A stretch of DNA of 63,900 nt, counting the filler, from Choristocarpus tenellus KU-1152 (Eukaryota; Protista; Phaeophyceae): NCBI GenBank assembly GCA_964200185.2. It is 8 parts of 8 records of this genome, joined end to end, with 100 filler letters (N's around TTAATTAATTAA, not from the genome) between each part and the next. Parts side by side here need not be neighbours in the genome. Positions count along the whole stretch, not along the records: positions 55,761 to 60,902 come from CAXNAD020011736.1; positions 61,003 to 63,900 come from CAXNAD020023813.1; 6 more parts are not named here. One strand, written 5' to 3'. A program made the position numbers and the translations under genes. Positions 59,699-63,900 of this stretch are shown here, one piece after another (the first letter of the stretch is position 1; each line of letters starts with the position of its first letter). Under the pieces are notes generated by a model. It was not told the DNA's origin and did no database searches. It saw nothing but the letters and a program-made list of their open reading frames with translations.

Positions 59699-60833
59699 GG
59701 GGGGGGAGTTAGGGAGTAGCTGAAGGAGAGGTGAAGCGAAATAGAGTTTAATGAGTCCAAGTATAACGTATAGATTTCCTTGTTCTTGCAATCAATCTTT
59801 GTGCTTGTTGTAAAGATTATTGTTTTCATCCACCTGTTCTCCACATGTAGTCCCCACCCCCTTTTTTTCCCTTCACTTCTTTTGCTAGTGTTGCCATCTT
59901 GTCTCTCTTTGCTTTTGTGCCTGCTATTGGTGGTGTAGAAGCAGACAGGTCACTGCATTTGGCGTTATGTGCGTGTCTGCGATTGGTTCGATGTATTACA
60001 TCATTGTATCTGATACGAAGTATTGATGGTGGCATGGAGTATGTGAATTGACAAAGCGTGTGTTGTGTGAAAAGGCTAGTCATAGTGTAGTGTGTTTTCT
60101 TCTGGGGGGGTGCTGATTTGCATGCTATTTTTATTTCACGGGCCCCCTTCCCCCTCCATGATATATCTACAAGGGTAACTGACACTGATTTGCAAACATA
60201 GATTGTCAAGCAAACGGGACAAAAGTCTGGCCTGGTGTTGGAGGGTGTGGGGGGTAGGAGCAGGGTGATGTGTTTCTAATCGACTTTAAGACTAGATTGA
60301 GGCAAATGCTGTTTCTAAAACAGGACTAACCAAGAGAAATGTGCATATGGCACCCAGTCTAAGCGACACCACATCGAGTTGTTTGAAGTAGGGTATTCAA
60401 GTCTAAGCTAATGCATCAGATCTTCTTTGACCATTACAGGTCTGTTTCAGAACTGTAGTGTATCCACATACAAACAACTCATCAGACCTAGTAATGAACT
60501 GTGCCCACTGTCAGCATCAACACGATGTCATACAGGCCCATCCTTCCCCTAGATGACTACCCTTCTTTCACAGTGAATGCCATGTAATGCCATAGTGGGG
60601 TTTATCGCCATTTTCTAGTGCATTACACCTTCACAACCTGTTGTGGGTTTTCTTCTAGCAAGGAATCCTTTTCTTCTGGCTCTTTCCCTTGATTTTTAAT
60701 TTGTACCTTCTAGGTAGTCTCTCCCTGGCCCGGTACAGTGCTGTGTGCAATGGTGTGTACGTTGACTGTATAGAAAAGAGAGAGGAATGGGCTCTGAAGT
60801 GATATGTATGTATGTATATATATGTATTGGTTG

Positions 60834-60902
60834 GGGTCAAAGTATCTTGGGGGGGGGTGTCGGCGTCCGTTTTTCACCCTTTTTTCGATTTTCACTTTTT
60901 TG
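60834..60902. mobile_element. MITE family A terminus at a contig end
   Basis: GGGTCAAAGTATCTT-G(n). Confidence 0.7.
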
Positions 60903-61680
60903 NNNNNNNNNNNNNNNNNNNNNNNNNNNNNNNNNNNNNNNNNNNNTTAATTAATTAANNNNNNNNNNNNNNNNNNNNNNNNNNNNNNNNNNNNNNNNNN
61001 NNCTTAGAAAGTGCCGAAACATTTCCAAAAAAAGGACGTATCCCGGGCCCTTCCAAGTGCAAAAACAGTTGCAAAAAAAAACCTTTCGGTACTTTTTCAA
61101 GACCGTTTTCGCAGAACAATCATCCTCATAGCCCCGCTCCATCCTCAATTTTTAAAATCCACTGTTATTAGGAGTGCGTCTGTCAACAGGCTGTCTCCCT
61201 AATGGTGTCATAATGATTACATAATGGGTTTCACCGTACAGTCATCGGCCAAGGATTTGGCAACATTGTTCCTGACTCTAAGTAATTAACGAATATATGA
61301 CACAAAAAGATGACCCCCCTATTTCCCATAATCCCAAAGCCAACAGAGATTTGCATACAAGCAGGCACATGTTACACATTATTCATGCTACGCTTCTCAC
61401 CAAATGGACCTACATCCGTGACACGACCCACCCCTCACCCACATGGACAGTTGTCAACCCAACCCGCTAACCACAACACTACAATCATGTGGACATACTC
61501 CAAGCAATCAACCAATAGCCCGTCGACAAACCTTTTCCTAACCCTCTTTCCACCTCCAGCATACCACTCTCTAACCCTAACAAAATACCAATGAATACCA
61601 GACTATCGACCTACACGCACGTGAACAACTTCTTCATGTCATACCCGACCATATTTACATCGACCACACCATTTACACCC

Positions 61681-61777
61681 TAGATTTTAAAAGTTTAATT
61701 AAGGAATTACAAGAATATTCGTCACTGTACAGTGATTAATATTCTTGTAATTTCCTTCATAGAACTTTTAAAATCTA
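61681..61777. repeat. ~97-bp near-perfect palindrome (fold-back)
   Basis: TAGATTTTAAAAGTT..AAGGAATTACAAGAATATT..TCACTGT|ACAGTGA..AATATTCTTGTAATTTCCTT..AACTTTTAAAATCTA. Confidence 0.9.
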
Positions 61778-62149
61778 TACACCAACAAATAAAACTACTC
61801 GATTAACTCGAAGTAATCCGACTAATTCCAAACCCTACTAGGGATGCCTCTTCACAACGGATGCAGACATTTGTTCACATCACGAACCACAAACTACCAG
61901 TTAAAACTACCAGTTAACCCTAGCGAATGACCATTTTTTCAATACTTCATGAACAAAAGCACGCGAAAATGGGCACTCCACTATATACTTAAACCAGTCT
62001 CCAACCACTTCTTTCACTAAATCAAGTGCAAATTCGAAAATCCTCAAAGCAGTAGTGACAGTCTATTTTGCTGGAGACTCTAACTTACCACGACCATAAT
62101 AACTAAGTGTAATCCACACAAATTTCTACGAAACACACCTTCAATCCCC

Positions 62150-62236
62150 CGCATATAAGCAACTTACCCAACAAACGCGATATGGTAAAATGGACCCCAA
62201 ATGGACACCCGCCCCCCCTCCCAGATACTTTGGCCC
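62150..62236 (+). mobile_element. MITE family A, diverged right end
   Basis: CCAAATGGACACCCGCCCCCCCTCCCAGATACTTTGGCCC. Confidence 0.7.
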
Positions 62237-62303
62237 ACTCCATCTCTCACACGATGGTCTTCAAGGTCTAACCCGCCACCCCAACCCCATCAACACAAAA
62301 AAC

Positions 62304-63134
62304 ATGATCGAACTGCAGGCCAATCAACCGGGTCCCCGTGTTGTCCCCCTTCAGGCTATCGTCGAGCCTGACTTCACGCACCTTCGTCGTAACAACCTCG
62401 ACAATAACTACACCATCTCCCCAGTCAATACCAGTGATTCACTGTGGAATCCAATCGGCAATCCCTCAGCGGGATCCCTGTTCGCTTCTCAAGACAACGC
62501 AGACGTGGAGAAAATACAATCCAAGTTCAGCCGAGGCACCACTTTCATCCTGTGTGGGAGTGGAGATGCTATCATCCGGGGGCAAGTCCGCGACGTTGAC
62601 ATAGACGATTCCGGGGCATGTATCTACTCTGTGCACAACGAAGGTGTGCATGGTGAGACCTCCTTGCCACCTGAGCTGAGGTAATTCAGGACAGAGGACG
62701 AGATCGAGGAGGGGGTCCAACAACTAAAGGAGAAGGAGAAAAGGGACCGCGATAAGACTGCAGCCCAGCGTGCCAACAAACGCAAGGCACAAATGACTCT
62801 ATAGGTGAACCGTAGAGAGGAGAGGGATATCGGGACATACGTCCTCCTCGAACCATCATTGAGGGTTGTGGCAGTTTTGGGCGGGGAAGGGATATTTAAT
62901 TCAAGAGCCAAGGGCAGGGGACTGTACTTTTGGATGGACGAGCAGTGGATGTGAGGGACCGTCACCAAATACCAGCCCCGCCATACGGAGTCAGTGGGAG
63001 AGGAGTGACTCAGCTACCCCTATGAGGTCAAATGGGAAAATGACGAGGTGCGAAATATCCAGCTTCTTCAACAACAATACAGCACGGAGTCCAACGCGGA
63101 GCCGAGATCCTGGTTCTGGACCAGTCCCATATGA
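62304..63134 (+). pseudogene. Intronless disrupted ORF ending in a Tudor/SH3-barrel-like segment, probably TE-borne
   Basis: The frame reads through TAA 62682 and TAG 62801, then a frameshift leads to KGRGLYFWMDEQWM*GTVTKY...YPYEVKWENDEVRNIQLLQQQYSTESNAEPRSWFW*. Confidence 0.5.
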
Positions 63135-63773
63135 CCGTAATATGGAACGGAGGTTGCAGCGAGTCGGACACGCTACCATCTTCTCGAAATTCGTAGTCGT
63201 GTATCACCCCCTCCCCTCATCCGTCCGAGACATCATGCCTCCAGTGCACATCCTGTCCTATATGATAGTAGAGGTCGGACGTGTGTTGTCGAGGCAGGGT
63301 TAATTTTGCAATTTTATTACAATTGGGTGTTATGCCTATGTCCTTCCTTTTAGGTGTACGTGTGCTGCCTCACCTTGGGATTTTGTGTTCAGTTTTACTT
63401 ATAGACGGGTTACAACCTCTTTCTTGGATCATTTTTTTCCTTACGACCACTGACATATATTACATGGCGTGTAGTAGTTTCAAATGTATGCATAGAATTT
63501 TAACATTCGAAAAGTTATTTTAGTTCTCTGTGTGTTTGCTAGAAAGAGCAGATATTCTTACATCACAAATAAAATAAACATCACTGCAGAAAGAATTCGC
63601 TGCATCCCCCTTCTAGTGTGGTCATTTATATGCGGCGTTCTTCCTTCCACCCTTTATGTATGGAGACAACAATTAAGGATCGCATATTCCCCTCTCCCAC
63701 GTAACACGCTTTTTCAACATTGATATCACATGCCCCGCTCCACAAAGGACATAATTGACACACCCCAAAAATA

Positions 63774-63900
63774 GAGTGAAAGTATCTTAGAGGGTACGAT
63801 TTTTGCCCTGTTTGTCCATTTGGATCTTGGCTTCCCATGGGTTTTTTAATGACATTTTCCTACTCCAAAATGTTTCGGAGTGTGTAAAATGTGTATGTTA
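63774..63900 (+). mobile_element. MITE family B, cut by the window end
   Basis: GAGTGAAAGTATCTTAGAGGGTACGA...GTCCATTTGG. Confidence 0.88.

Noticed and set aside
62682-63010. Stop-codon readthrough or selenocysteine recoding
   Set aside because: The stops are of all three types and come with a frameshift, which fits ordinary decay.

Overview
This is intron-rich eukaryotic nuclear DNA, probably from a photosynthetic, flagellate-stage stramenopile such as a brown alga or relative. That assignment is inferred from a bipartite plastid-targeting presequence, ciliary genes and many short exons in long introns. The window is not one locus: eight contigs are joined by seven artificial N44-TTAATTAATTAA-N44 spacers, so genes are truncated and order across spacers is uninformative. 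Manual splicing gives an LRR protein (-), the 5' end of an axonemal dynein heavy chain (+), CFAP221/PCDP1 (-), a coiled-coil protein (+), PRMT3 (+) and the 3' end of a second LRR protein (+). Two intronless genes sit head-to-head: EMC5/MMGT1 (-) and a plastid-targeted EF-hand/Tic20-like fusion (+). Repeats include a decayed Copia element, a Ty3/Gypsy remnant, LINE scraps, a Tudor-like pseudogene and a ~97-bp palindrome. There are also over 20 copies or fragments of three MITE families that share one terminal signature (G-N4-AAAGTATCT plus subterminal GTCCATTTGG). The strongest leads are the Ca2+-sensor/Tic20 fusion, the shared-terminus MITE network and CpG-island-like promoters in otherwise CpG-depleted DNA. 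All family calls rest on motif recognition by eye; no database search was run.
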